From Bacteroidota bacterium (GTDB taxonomy: Bacteria > Bacteroidota > Bacteroidia > Chitinophagales > Chitinophagaceae), in assembly GCA_024640225.1 (NCBI GenBank), contig JAHEFK010000003.1, forward strand, positions 32,649 through 96,648: a stretch of 64,000 nt of DNA, given 5' to 3'. How positions within the stretch are numbered: position 1 is the first letter of the stretch; each line of letters opens with the position of its first letter. Shown here piece by piece: positions 44,865-53,900 of the stretch. A model generated the notes under the pieces. It was not told the DNA's origin and did no database searches. It saw only the letters and a list, made by a program, of their open reading frames with translations. The translations under genes and the position numbers were made by a program.

Positions 44865-45596
44865 TTGAGCCTCTTTTCTCGACTGCATATTCGCTATTTA
44901 TTTTCACGCAATAAGGCGTTATTTGTTCAATTAGAACATGTATTAGGTTTCCAACCTAAGCAATTACGCTTTTATGAAATTGCCCTTACTCATCGCTCAA
45001 GCTCCGACGAAATCAGCAGAAACAACGAGCGCTTAGAATTTTTAGGCGATGCTATGTTAGGTGCTATTGTAGGTGAATTTTTATTTAGAAAATACCCCAA
45101 TCAAGACGAAGGCTTCCTTACCGAAATCAGATCCCGTATCGTTAGAAGAGAATCTTTAAATGCCATTGCAACAAGAATGGGCATTGAAAAAATTGTTCAA
45201 TACAATAAATATGATCGCGGCTTGAGTCGCTCGCATATTTTTGGCAATGCCTTAGAAGCTTTGATTGGAGCAATTTATCTCGACAGAGGCTATGAACTCA
45301 CACGAGATTTTGTTTTAAATGAGCTCATTAAAAATTATATCGATCTTGATACCATTGAGAAAACGGATACCAATTATAAAAATCAATTATTGACCTGGGC
45401 TCAAAAAAATATGGTAAGTATTGTATTTGAAGAGCTTAACGAACAACAAGAAGGTATCAAACGCATGTTTACCATCGGTATTAAAATGGATGAAACAATA
45501 ATAGCAACCGGCACCGGATATAATAAAAAAGATGCAGGGCAAGTAGCTGCACAAAATGCCATGCAGCATTTAGGAATTTCTAATAAAAGAAATTAA
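44865..45596 (+). CDS. rnc: Ribonuclease III
   Basis: 243 aa. NERLEFLGDAMLG signature, C-terminal dsRBD (GTGYNKKDAGQVAAQNA). TTG start 2 nt after the fabF stop. Confidence 0.92.
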   Translation: MSLFSRLHIRYLFSRNKALFVQLEHVLGFQPKQLRFYEIALTHRSSSDEISRNNERLEFLGDAMLGAIVGEFLFRKYPNQDEGFLTEIRSRIVRRESLNAIATRMGIEKIVQYNKYDRGLSRSHIFGNALEALIGAIYLDRGYELTRDFVLNELIKNYIDLDTIEKTDTNYKNQLLTWAQKNMVSIVFEELNEQQEGIKRMFTIGIKMDETIIATGTGYNKKDAGQVAAQNAMQHLGISNKRN

Positions 45597-45946
45597 TCTA
45601 CATCGATATTTAAACTATGAAATAAGCGGTGCGCCATAGGCGCTAAAATCAAACCGATATTAGTAATAAAAGCTACCCCACTAAACAAAGCATAGGCCGA
45701 ACTAAATAATTTTCCACCTACAGAATTGATTTGTACCACTGGCCCCATACCACTTAAAATCATGGAGGCATTATGCAATGCATCGACCCAAGGAATTTGA
45801 TCGGTATAATGATAGCCCAACACACCAATAGCAAGGCAAATCAATAAGATTGCAAAAGCAAAAAAAATATTCTTTAATACCCGCTTTAAGTATACCTCTC
45901 TACTTGCTAATGCTTGGTTCTTTTTTTCAAATTTATGGAAGATCAT
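45593..45946 (-). CDS. Minimal two-TM ion-channel-like protein (Ion_trans_2-like) with non-canonical filter
   Basis: 117 aa with TM1 - pore-helix-like - TM2 layout. IPWVDALHNASMILSGMGPV..GGKLFSSAYALFSGVAFI aligns by eye to KcsA-type w.dAlyfs..TltTvGYGD...gk.f. 9 nt downstream of paaD. Confidence 0.5.
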   Translation of the reverse strand: MIFHKFEKKNQALASREVYLKRVLKNIFFAFAILLICLAIGVLGYHYTDQIPWVDALHNASMILSGMGPVVQINSVGGKLFSSAYALFSGVAFITNIGLILAPMAHRLFHSLNIDVD

Positions 45947-45955
45947 ACGCTAGTT

Positions 45956-46444
45956 TTAATGACATTTAAAATGCTCAAACGGTTCTTGGCAATGATTGCA
46001 TTTATATAAGGCCTTGCATGAAGTAGCTCCAAATTGACTGCTTAATTGCGTATCGTCCGATTTACATTTTGGACAAGTTACAGCATCTTCTTCGAAGAGC
46101 CCAAGAGGAGCAGCCGATTTTCTTTTGGGCGGCGCTATGCCATAAGCCTCTAATTTTTCTTTCCCTTTTTCCGACATCCAATCGGTTGTCCAGGAAGGGC
46201 TGATCTGATTTTCAACTACGACTTGTTTTGCACCTTTGCTCAATAAACACATTTTTATTTGCATTGCAATGACATCCATAGCAGGACAACCACTATAGGT
46301 AGGTGTTATCACTACACGTATTGCCTCTTTAGCACTATCTACTTCAACAGCACGTACAATGCCTAAATCAACAATAGAAAGAACAGGCACTTCGGGATCG
46401 GCCACTTCTTCTAAATACGCCCAACAATTATCTACGGTAAGCAT
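45956..46444 (-). CDS. paaD: 1,2-phenylacetyl-CoA epoxidase subunit PaaD
   Basis: 162 aa. DPEVPVLSIVDLGIV, TPTYSGCPAMD, C-terminal Cys cluster CPKC...CNHC. Confidence 0.88.
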   Translation of the reverse strand: MLTVDNCWAYLEEVADPEVPVLSIVDLGIVRAVEVDSAKEAIRVVITPTYSGCPAMDVIAMQIKMCLLSKGAKQVVVENQISPSWTTDWMSEKGKEKLEAYGIAPPKRKSAAPLGLFEEDAVTCPKCKSDDTQLSSQFGATSCKALYKCNHCQEPFEHFKCH

Positions 46445-48704
46445 TACTTAAAATATGATTGTTTAAAATAAAATAAGCAGCATTTAAAGTTTCGAAACGA
46501 TTATTAGCAATCGGTCTAATTTCTAAACGATCCATAGCTATAAAGTTATTATAATCATTCGGCATTATTTTAACTAAAACATAGGCCGTGTTTTTCGGAA
46601 TTGAAAAATAGGCTTTTGCTCTATACCATGCTTGCCAACTATCATCTGCAGTTTTAGCATTAACATCTACCTTTTGCAATTGTTCTTGATTAGCATTGTA
46701 AAAACAAATTGAAAAGTAAGGATATTTTAAATTGTCTTTCGTGTAGTCAATCCAAATAGAAAACTCGTTTAATGAGCTGGCATCCAACTGATCAATTGGA
46801 ATACGAGCCAATTCGGTATCTTTTAAATAATCTTGCCAAGCAAAAGCCTTACCTCGAATTCCAGTTCCAGTGCCCTGTTCAAATTCATTAAGATAATAAA
46901 CTGTATGTTTAGGATTGGCAGTACGAATACAAGAATCAATCACTTTTTGTTGTAGCTGCAAATATTGAGCTACGGATAAACTATACACATATACTTCATC
47001 AAAAAATCCTAAACTATCACAAGCACTTAATAAGCCTTGTTGATCTGGAGTGATACAGTTTTCTTCTTTTAATCGTAATACTAAAATGTTTTTTGTTGAT
47101 GGTAGTTTTTTAAACAAGGTATGGTCAACAAAATAACCCGCATCAAATTTAACTTGCTCAAATGATTGCGACCAAGAAGCTCTTGCTAAAAGTGCATTCA
47201 TCATAGGCAAACCTAACTCATATCCTATAATCGCATTCTTACTGAGCATCCAAGTATTAGTAACCACACCTTCTCTCCATATCTTATCAGATCCTACATG
47301 AATAAATGGTACAGCAGCAATACACTGAAAATCATTTTTAGAATAGCCTTTAGAATGCAAGAACGATTCCCAAGAATTCTGATTGAGCCTATGAAAATAT
47401 TCATAATTACTTTTATAAGCTGCCGCATTTTGTTTCATATACAATATACGACCGTTGGCATCTACTAGCCAAATGCAACAAGCTAGTGCAAAGATGATGA
47501 TTCGCACTTTTTTAGATAACAACTGCGATTGATATACCTTGCTCATAGCAACTACTGCTAATAAGGTAGCTACATAATAGAAATACCAACTAAACCTACC
47601 TAAGCTTCTAAATTGTTTTAAGAAGGGCGCGTAATGAAATAAACGATCCATACCAATCGTCAAATGTAAGCCCATAGCAAAAAGCAATAAGAATACTGCG
47701 CTAAGAAAAAACACCGCTTCGATAGTACGTAAGGAAGGATACTTTTTATGGATAAGTATTTGGAAGGCATGATAAAAAGCCAAGGTCAGCAAACTAACAA
47801 TTGGAATAATGCCTAAATAACACAAGCCTTCTGTAACATCATTTACATTGGCAATAAAACCTTTGTCTTGAAAAAAATCGATGATTGTTGAAAATGGATC
47901 GGCAATTAAATCAATAAAATTAGTTTTATAAGTTAGATGCCCTCCAGGATTTGTAGGTCTATCTAAAACAGGATCTGTGCAATATAAAAAGACTTTCACC
48001 AGCCCTAATATGAATACGGGAATAGCATTAATAGCTAATAGCATTCGAATTTTATTTTCCTTTACTAAACAATAAAATACTAATGTAAAAGATAGGCTCA
48101 TGAGCAATAAAAGACCCGCAAAATAAAGATGTAAAAAGCTAGCCGTAAAATTCAAGAGTATTAAATAAACGAGGTATTGTTTTTTTCCTGTTTTATTAAA
48201 CTTCAAAATAAAATAAAGCCACATTGGTATAATGTGCGCGAAGCTTAAACCATAATGTGCTTGCGTTCGTAATATTTGTGGCGAAAGCAATACAATTAAT
48301 AAAGCAGCAATGGTACTGAGCCATTTTGGAACTTTATATTCGTTAAGAAATAGAAAGCAATAATAACTAGCAAGAAAATAAGAAAGCGCGATGCTTTCAA
48401 AAAAAACAAAATTGACAAAGCCTATGCCCAGATTACAATGATGCACTAAAAAGGAAAGGGGCACCGAGAAAAGTGGTTCGTTGTCGGTATAAATAACATG
48501 GTCTCCAAATGGATAGTGCATACCCGTATAATGAAACCCATGACCATGCATAGCATGATTTAAAAAACAGTAATAATTTTTAAGTCCATCGCCACCAAGA
48601 GTAATTACACTACTATTAAAATGAACGATATAATCAAAAAAAACATAGCCAATCACAAGAAGTAAAATGGCTATGTAACTACTATTCGTTTTTTTTAAAA
48701 ACAT
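46428..48704 (-). CDS. Large polytopic membrane protein (YfhO/GT-C-like architecture, unassigned) embedded in the paa cluster
   Basis: Start set to ATG 48704 (758 aa; the 805-aa track ORF overlaps paaC). About 12-14 TM segments in the N-terminal 430 aa, then a ~330-aa soluble domain. Hand-counted G+C 18-20/60 versus 27/60 in paaA and paaC. Confidence 0.6.
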   Translation of the reverse strand: MFLKKTNSSYIAILLLVIGYVFFDYIVHFNSSVITLGGDGLKNYYCFLNHAMHGHGFHYTGMHYPFGDHVIYTDNEPLFSVPLSFLVHHCNLGIGFVNFVFFESIALSYFLASYYCFLFLNEYKVPKWLSTIAALLIVLLSPQILRTQAHYGLSFAHIIPMWLYFILKFNKTGKKQYLVYLILLNFTASFLHLYFAGLLLLMSLSFTLVFYCLVKENKIRMLLAINAIPVFILGLVKVFLYCTDPVLDRPTNPGGHLTYKTNFIDLIADPFSTIIDFFQDKGFIANVNDVTEGLCYLGIIPIVSLLTLAFYHAFQILIHKKYPSLRTIEAVFFLSAVFLLLFAMGLHLTIGMDRLFHYAPFLKQFRSLGRFSWYFYYVATLLAVVAMSKVYQSQLLSKKVRIIIFALACCIWLVDANGRILYMKQNAAAYKSNYEYFHRLNQNSWESFLHSKGYSKNDFQCIAAVPFIHVGSDKIWREGVVTNTWMLSKNAIIGYELGLPMMNALLARASWSQSFEQVKFDAGYFVDHTLFKKLPSTKNILVLRLKEENCITPDQQGLLSACDSLGFFDEVYVYSLSVAQYLQLQQKVIDSCIRTANPKHTVYYLNEFEQGTGTGIRGKAFAWQDYLKDTELARIPIDQLDASSLNEFSIWIDYTKDNLKYPYFSICFYNANQEQLQKVDVNAKTADDSWQAWYRAKAYFSIPKNTAYVLVKIMPNDYNNFIAMDRLEIRPIANNRFETLNAAYFILNNHILSNAYRR

Positions 48705-48739
48705 GTTCAAATCTTTATTGGCGAAAGGTGGATGGTTTT

Positions 48740-49564
48740 CTACCATTCCATATTTGGATACGCTCTTTGCAAATACTGCATTTCGGCTAATATATATCCT
48801 AAATGCTCGGTATGCACTCCGTTCTTGCCACCTGTTTGCATCCAAGCAGCTGTTGGCATTTGCAAACTTGCTTCATTTACAATAGCTTCGATTTGCTGCT
48901 GATAAGCTTGCTGTAAACTACTAACATCTACACCAATGTTTGCTTTCATTGCTGCTTGTTCTACAGCATTCATAACAAACAATTCACCTGTATACTCCCA
49001 ACGCGCTTGCAAGGCTTGCTGCATTTTTTCTTTACTGATAGCAGTGCCATCACCTAAACGGATAACCCATTCGCTAGCCCATTTAATATGATATTGCACT
49101 TCTTTCAACGATTTTTCTGCAATTGCAGCTAAAGTACTATCCGAACTTTTTTGTAGGGCAGTATACAACAAATATTGAAATCGATCGAAAAAGAAAGAGC
49201 GTGCTACAGTATAAGCCCAGTCACCATTTTCTTGTTCTACTAATAAACAATTTCTAAAATCCCATGCATCTCGGAGATACGCTAAATCATCTTCGGTAAT
49301 AGTATGTTGATTATTAATTTTCTCTTGCAATAAAGGAGCATTAAATAAATGTGCTTTATCTGCTGCCGGCATATTATTTATAATTTGTGCAGCATATTGA
49401 TATAAAGAACGTGCTTGCCCAATCTGATCTAAAGAAATATTCGTTAAGGCAATATCTTGTTCCAAAATTGGACCTTTGCCACACCATGCTGCCAATCGTT
49501 GTCCCATAATGAGTACATTGTCGGCTAATTGCAGGGTGTATTTTAATGTTGTTATAGAGCTCAT
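48740..49564 (-). CDS. paaC: 1,2-phenylacetyl-CoA epoxidase subunit PaaC
   Basis: 274 aa. LADNVLIMGQRLAAWCGKGPILEQDIALTNISLDQIGQAR and C-terminal TEHLGYILAEMQYLQRAYP are typical of PaaC/PaaI. Confidence 0.88.
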   Translation of the reverse strand: MSSITTLKYTLQLADNVLIMGQRLAAWCGKGPILEQDIALTNISLDQIGQARSLYQYAAQIINNMPAADKAHLFNAPLLQEKINNQHTITEDDLAYLRDAWDFRNCLLVEQENGDWAYTVARSFFFDRFQYLLYTALQKSSDSTLAAIAEKSLKEVQYHIKWASEWVIRLGDGTAISKEKMQQALQARWEYTGELFVMNAVEQAAMKANIGVDVSSLQQAYQQQIEAIVNEASLQMPTAAWMQTGGKNGVHTEHLGYILAEMQYLQRAYPNMEW

Positions 49565-49580
49565 AGCTATATCTTAAAAC

Positions 49581-49874
49581 CTACATGTGCTTAAGCTCAT
49601 CAGGCAAATTATAAAAAGTGGGATGTCGGTAGATTTTATCTTGCGCTGGATCGAAGAAAGCAGCTGCTTCTTCAGGATTAGAGGCATGTATATGTTTACT
49701 TTCAACCACCCAAATGCTAACACCCTCCATACGGCGCGTATACACATCGCGTGCATTTTCTATTGCCATTTGTGCATCTGCAGCATGCAAACTACCTGCA
49801 TGTTTATGATCTAAACCTGCTTTACTTCTAATGAAAACCTCCCACAAAGGCCATTCTTTATTTTCGTTGCTCAT
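49581..49874 (-). CDS. paaB: 1,2-phenylacetyl-CoA epoxidase subunit PaaB
   Basis: Start set to ATG 49874 (97 aa). WPLWEVFIRSKAGLDHKHAGSLHAADAQMAIENARDVYTRR. The longer track ORF overlaps paaA. Confidence 0.9.
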   Translation of the reverse strand: MSNENKEWPLWEVFIRSKAGLDHKHAGSLHAADAQMAIENARDVYTRRMEGVSIWVVESKHIHASNPEEAAAFFDPAQDKIYRHPTFYNLPDELKHM

Positions 49875-49884
49875 ATAAATAAAT

Positions 49885-50823
49885 TTAAGCTGCTTTTTTT
49901 GTTTTTCTTTTTTCTGCATAAGCACTCGCTGCTTCGCGAACCCATGCGCCATCTTCCCATGCTTTTACACGAGTAGCTAAGCGTTCTTTATTACAAGGGC
50001 CATTTCCTTTTACCACATTCCAAAACTCATCCCAATTTAATTCGCTTGAATCATAATGTCCTCGTTCTTCGTTCCATTTTATGTTAGCATCTGGCAAATC
50101 TAATCCTAATATTCTTATCTGCTCTACGGTTACATCAATAAAACGCTGACGTAATTCATCGTTGGTAAAGCGTTTAATTCTCCATTCCATACTTTTAGCT
50201 GTATTTGGACTAACTGCATCCAACGGACCAAACATCATAAGTGCTGGAGCCCACCAACGATTTAAGGCATCTTGTGCCATTTGTTTCTGCACAGGAGTAC
50301 CCTTAGCAAGCGTTAGCATAATTTCATATCCTTGACGCTGATGAAAACTTTCTTCTTTGCATACGCGTACCATGGCTCTCGCATAAGGTCCATATGATGT
50401 TCTGCACAAAGGCACTTGATTCATAATAGCAGCACCATCTACCAACCAACCAATAGCACCCATATCAGCCCAAGTAATAGTAGGGTAATTAAAAATGGAT
50501 GAATATTTAGCTGCACCGGTGTGTAATTGTTGCAACATTTGATCGCGCGTAATGCCCAATGTTTCAGCAGCGCTGTACAAATACAATCCATGTCCACCTT
50601 CGTCTTGCACTTTAGCTAACAATACCGCTTTTCTTCTCAAAGATGGCGCACGGGTAATCCAATTGGCTTCTGGTAACATACCTACGATTTCGCTATGGGC
50701 ATGCTGTGAAATTTGACGAATCAATGTTTTTCTATACTCATCAGGCATATAATCCTGAGGCTCGATCATAATTTCTTCATCTATTTTCTTTTGGAAAGAT
50801 GCTTCGAAGGATACTTGTGTCAT
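49885..50823 (-). CDS. paaA: 1,2-phenylacetyl-CoA epoxidase catalytic subunit PaaA
   Basis: 312 aa. Di-iron ligand regions [30 protein letters not shown]. Confidence 0.93.
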   Translation of the reverse strand: MTQVSFEASFQKKIDEEIMIEPQDYMPDEYRKTLIRQISQHAHSEIVGMLPEANWITRAPSLRRKAVLLAKVQDEGGHGLYLYSAAETLGITRDQMLQQLHTGAAKYSSIFNYPTITWADMGAIGWLVDGAAIMNQVPLCRTSYGPYARAMVRVCKEESFHQRQGYEIMLTLAKGTPVQKQMAQDALNRWWAPALMMFGPLDAVSPNTAKSMEWRIKRFTNDELRQRFIDVTVEQIRILGLDLPDANIKWNEERGHYDSSELNWDEFWNVVKGNGPCNKERLATRVKAWEDGAWVREAASAYAEKRKTKKAA

Positions 50824-50840
50824 AGTGTTATTAATTAGTA

Positions 50841-50848
50841 CAAATATA
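50841..50848 (-). promoter_or_regulatory. Bacteroidota -7 promoter box TATATTTG
   Basis: Exact TAnnTTTG, 17 nt upstream of the paaA ATG 50823. Confidence 0.45.
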
Positions 50849-50924
50849 AGTTAGTATTTGCTATTGGTAAATTGATTTTTATCACGATTTGAACTAAAAC
50901 AGCTCATAACGGCTATTTGTTGAA

Positions 50925-53900
50925 TTAATTTGCAAAAATAAAGCGCAAGGTTACACCGCCCGTTGTGGTAGTCATTGGGAATGAATTAGATACATACGGA
51001 ATCGTTTGTCTTCTATCATAGAAAAAGCGAAGCGTAATTTTATCACTTACTATATAATCTGCAGAAGGGGAAATCGAAATTACCTGTTGACCTCTGCTTA
51101 TTACCGATAAATTTTGGGCAATAAAGGTATTCGTTGTTTTATCGTCGCGCAAACCAATATCTAATTTTAAATTCAGATCATTTTTAAGTTTTTTAACGCC
51201 TGCGATTTTAAACGGCAATACCACCCCTTTTACACGCCAGCCAGCACCAAAAACAAATTCAGCACTTTTTACTTCACTTACTTGATAATCGATCAGACTT
51301 AAACTTGAGGTTCTAGATTTTTTAAATTCAATATGAAAGGTCATTTTATTTTTCAAGGCTACATCTACTCCCAATAGCGGGTTAAATTGCTCATTGATAG
51401 TAATATTCGGCACTTGATAAAAAGGCACTAAATTATTAGAGTTCGAATCTATAAAGGAAGGAAAGCCAATAGATAAAGCATCTCTATAAAATAAGGAAGA
51501 TACAAAACCATTCATAGAAAGCGTACCAGTATAAGCATGGTTAACTACTACATTGGTAAAAAGCTCTTTTAATTTAGGCAACTTAGCCAAGCCCGTATAA
51601 GATACTTTCCAATTAGGTAAGGGCATAAAATACTTGAATGGATTGGCTTTAATATGATCTACCTCCGTATTCATTAAGGGTATATCCTTAGCTGTTTTGC
51701 CACTATAAGCCGCTACAAAAGAGGGTATTAAAACGGACTGGGAGAACTTAGTATAGCCTTTGCTATAAGCAGGATTGGTAGGATCGGGCAAGCCCGCAAT
51801 GTATGGATTATTCGCCCCCAATCGATTAGAAACCGTAGTGGTGTTACCGATAAATGTTTGGAACAATTCGGAATTGGCACCACCTGCTTTAAACATTGTT
51901 TTCACGCCTATGTAACTCATCGAGAAAGATCCTGTTTCGTATGGATTATTATGATCAAATACCCCATCATTATTTACGTCTTTGAATAACTCGCTATGCG
52001 ATTTTGAAAACGTTTTAGTTAATGACAAATCAACCCTTAAATCAGCAATAGGTTCTAAGGTTCCTGTTATAGATAAATTTTGAGAAAAGGTTTGCTTAAG
52101 CTGTCCATTAAACAAGGTGTCTTTGCTTAATCTACCTAATGTAGCTTGTTGTTCAAACCAGCTATTGGTTGGCTGTCCACCAAAAACATAATTTAAGCCA
52201 GGCTGCATGGATTGCGGATTAAGACCTAGTACTACAGCACTATCTCTAAATCCAGGCAAAATGGTTCCGCCTGTTTCTGTATAATTAAATGTAGAACGTT
52301 TTACCATTGTTAGTAGCTTGCCTAAAAATCTACGAATACCTGTAATACTCGTTTGGGTTTGTCGTTTTTGTAAGCGTGCTAATTTTTTTTCTAATTTTAT
52401 TTTTTTCTTTTCTGCTTTCGCCAAATCTAGTTGTTGCTTATGCATAATAGATTTTAAAGAATCTAATTGCTTATTACTATACTTTGCTATTTGTAGTGGT
52501 GTCAATTCAACACCGTTAATAATGATTTTATTTTTTTGTTGTTCAAGCAGTTTTTTATTTTCTTCTGCAATTTGCAATTTAGTTTTTTGATCTTCTTTTG
52601 AATTAGTGTTATTATCCTTAGCAGCATTTCCTACATTGTCTTTAGCTCCTTTTGCTCCATTCTTTTTATCCTCTGTAGGATTAGCATCCATTACATCAAA
52701 AGGATTATTTTTACTAATCAAGTTTTTCACCGAATTTGGGAGCTTTGTACTTGCGTCAGTTCGTACAGGCTGTGAGAGCATGCGCATCCATCTCGATTTA
52801 TTATAGAGCTGTGTAAAATTCAGTTCTCCGTTTATTTGAATATTCTGCGTGTTTGCTATAGCATTACCCAAACTAGCTGCAATTTTAGAAGCCGCCGTCC
52901 AGTTGTACGTTGTACCATAGGTCAATCGCAAACTTGTCCAATCGGTAAGCGGAAATTTATTAAGAGGCACATTATAACTTGCATTTGCATTTTGTGTGTA
53001 TAATGTATTACGACCCCCTGTTTGCAACAATTGTATCAATGAATCTTGCTTTTCTTTAGTGTCTATTCTACCATAAGGTTCATCGATTCGAGAATTATTA
53101 GTAGCATTTAAATCAAAAGAAAGCGAGTTGGTTAATTGCCAACGGATGGCATATGTTCTATTCCAAATAAAGTTTTTGAAATACGTGGGCGCCAATGGAT
53201 AACTTGCATCACCAATTGTCCTCATCTGTGTTTCATTAAATACTCTATTTAAATCTGTCCTGAAAGATAAGGAAGACGGAACTAAATTTAAATTTACATC
53301 TCTAAGGAGTGCCCACCATTTTGATCTTGATTTTATTAATTTTTTAAATGGCTCTAAAGGTTTTGATTTGATACTGTAGGTGTATCCAATACCTAATTTT
53401 TGCTGGGTAATTTCATCATGTTCGATGAGCGAATTTCTTTTGAATTGTTTATTGTAAGAATACGAAAAATCAAAGTTCTTAATACTCAAAGGCGATATGA
53501 ATTTTCTTTGTTTTTCTTGATTACCCATTATTTTAACATTCGTAAAATTGAAACTTAAAATACTAGAAAAATCTTGAGCTGCTTTTTTAATACTATCTCG
53601 TTGTTCTGATGAAGTAGCTCTACTTAATTTATCTGCAAACTTAACATCTAAATCATACGGGTCGTAAATAGGATTACTTATCGTAGAGGAATAGCCCACA
53701 TAAAAAGGCAGTTGCACACCCCATTGCTTTGGCAACAATTTGCCCAAACTTAAATTAGTTGATGCGTCATACTGATAAAAATTATCTCTAAAACGCTGAT
53801 TTAATTTTTGATCGATATTGCCATATCCGCTTGTATGCATACTTCCGCTTGCACGTACACTTCCTAAATCAGCTAATTGTATATTTAATTTTCCAGAAGC

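Noticed and set aside
48705-48845. The 805-aa version of the membrane protein ORF overlaps paaC by 106 nt.
   Set aside because: The extra 47 residues are non-hydrophobic read-through of the paaC 3' end in another frame. The Met at 48704 starts directly at the first TM segment.
49875-49952. The long version of paaB (123 aa) overlaps paaA.
   Set aside because: The conserved PaaB sequence begins at MSNENKEWPLWEV (ATG 49874). The extension is Lys-rich read-through of the paaA 3' end.
52318-52806. Two plus-strand ORFs (90 and 66 aa) lie antisense to sprA.
   Set aside because: They coincide exactly with the Lys-rich low-complexity coding segment of SprA, and stop-free antisense frames are expected there.
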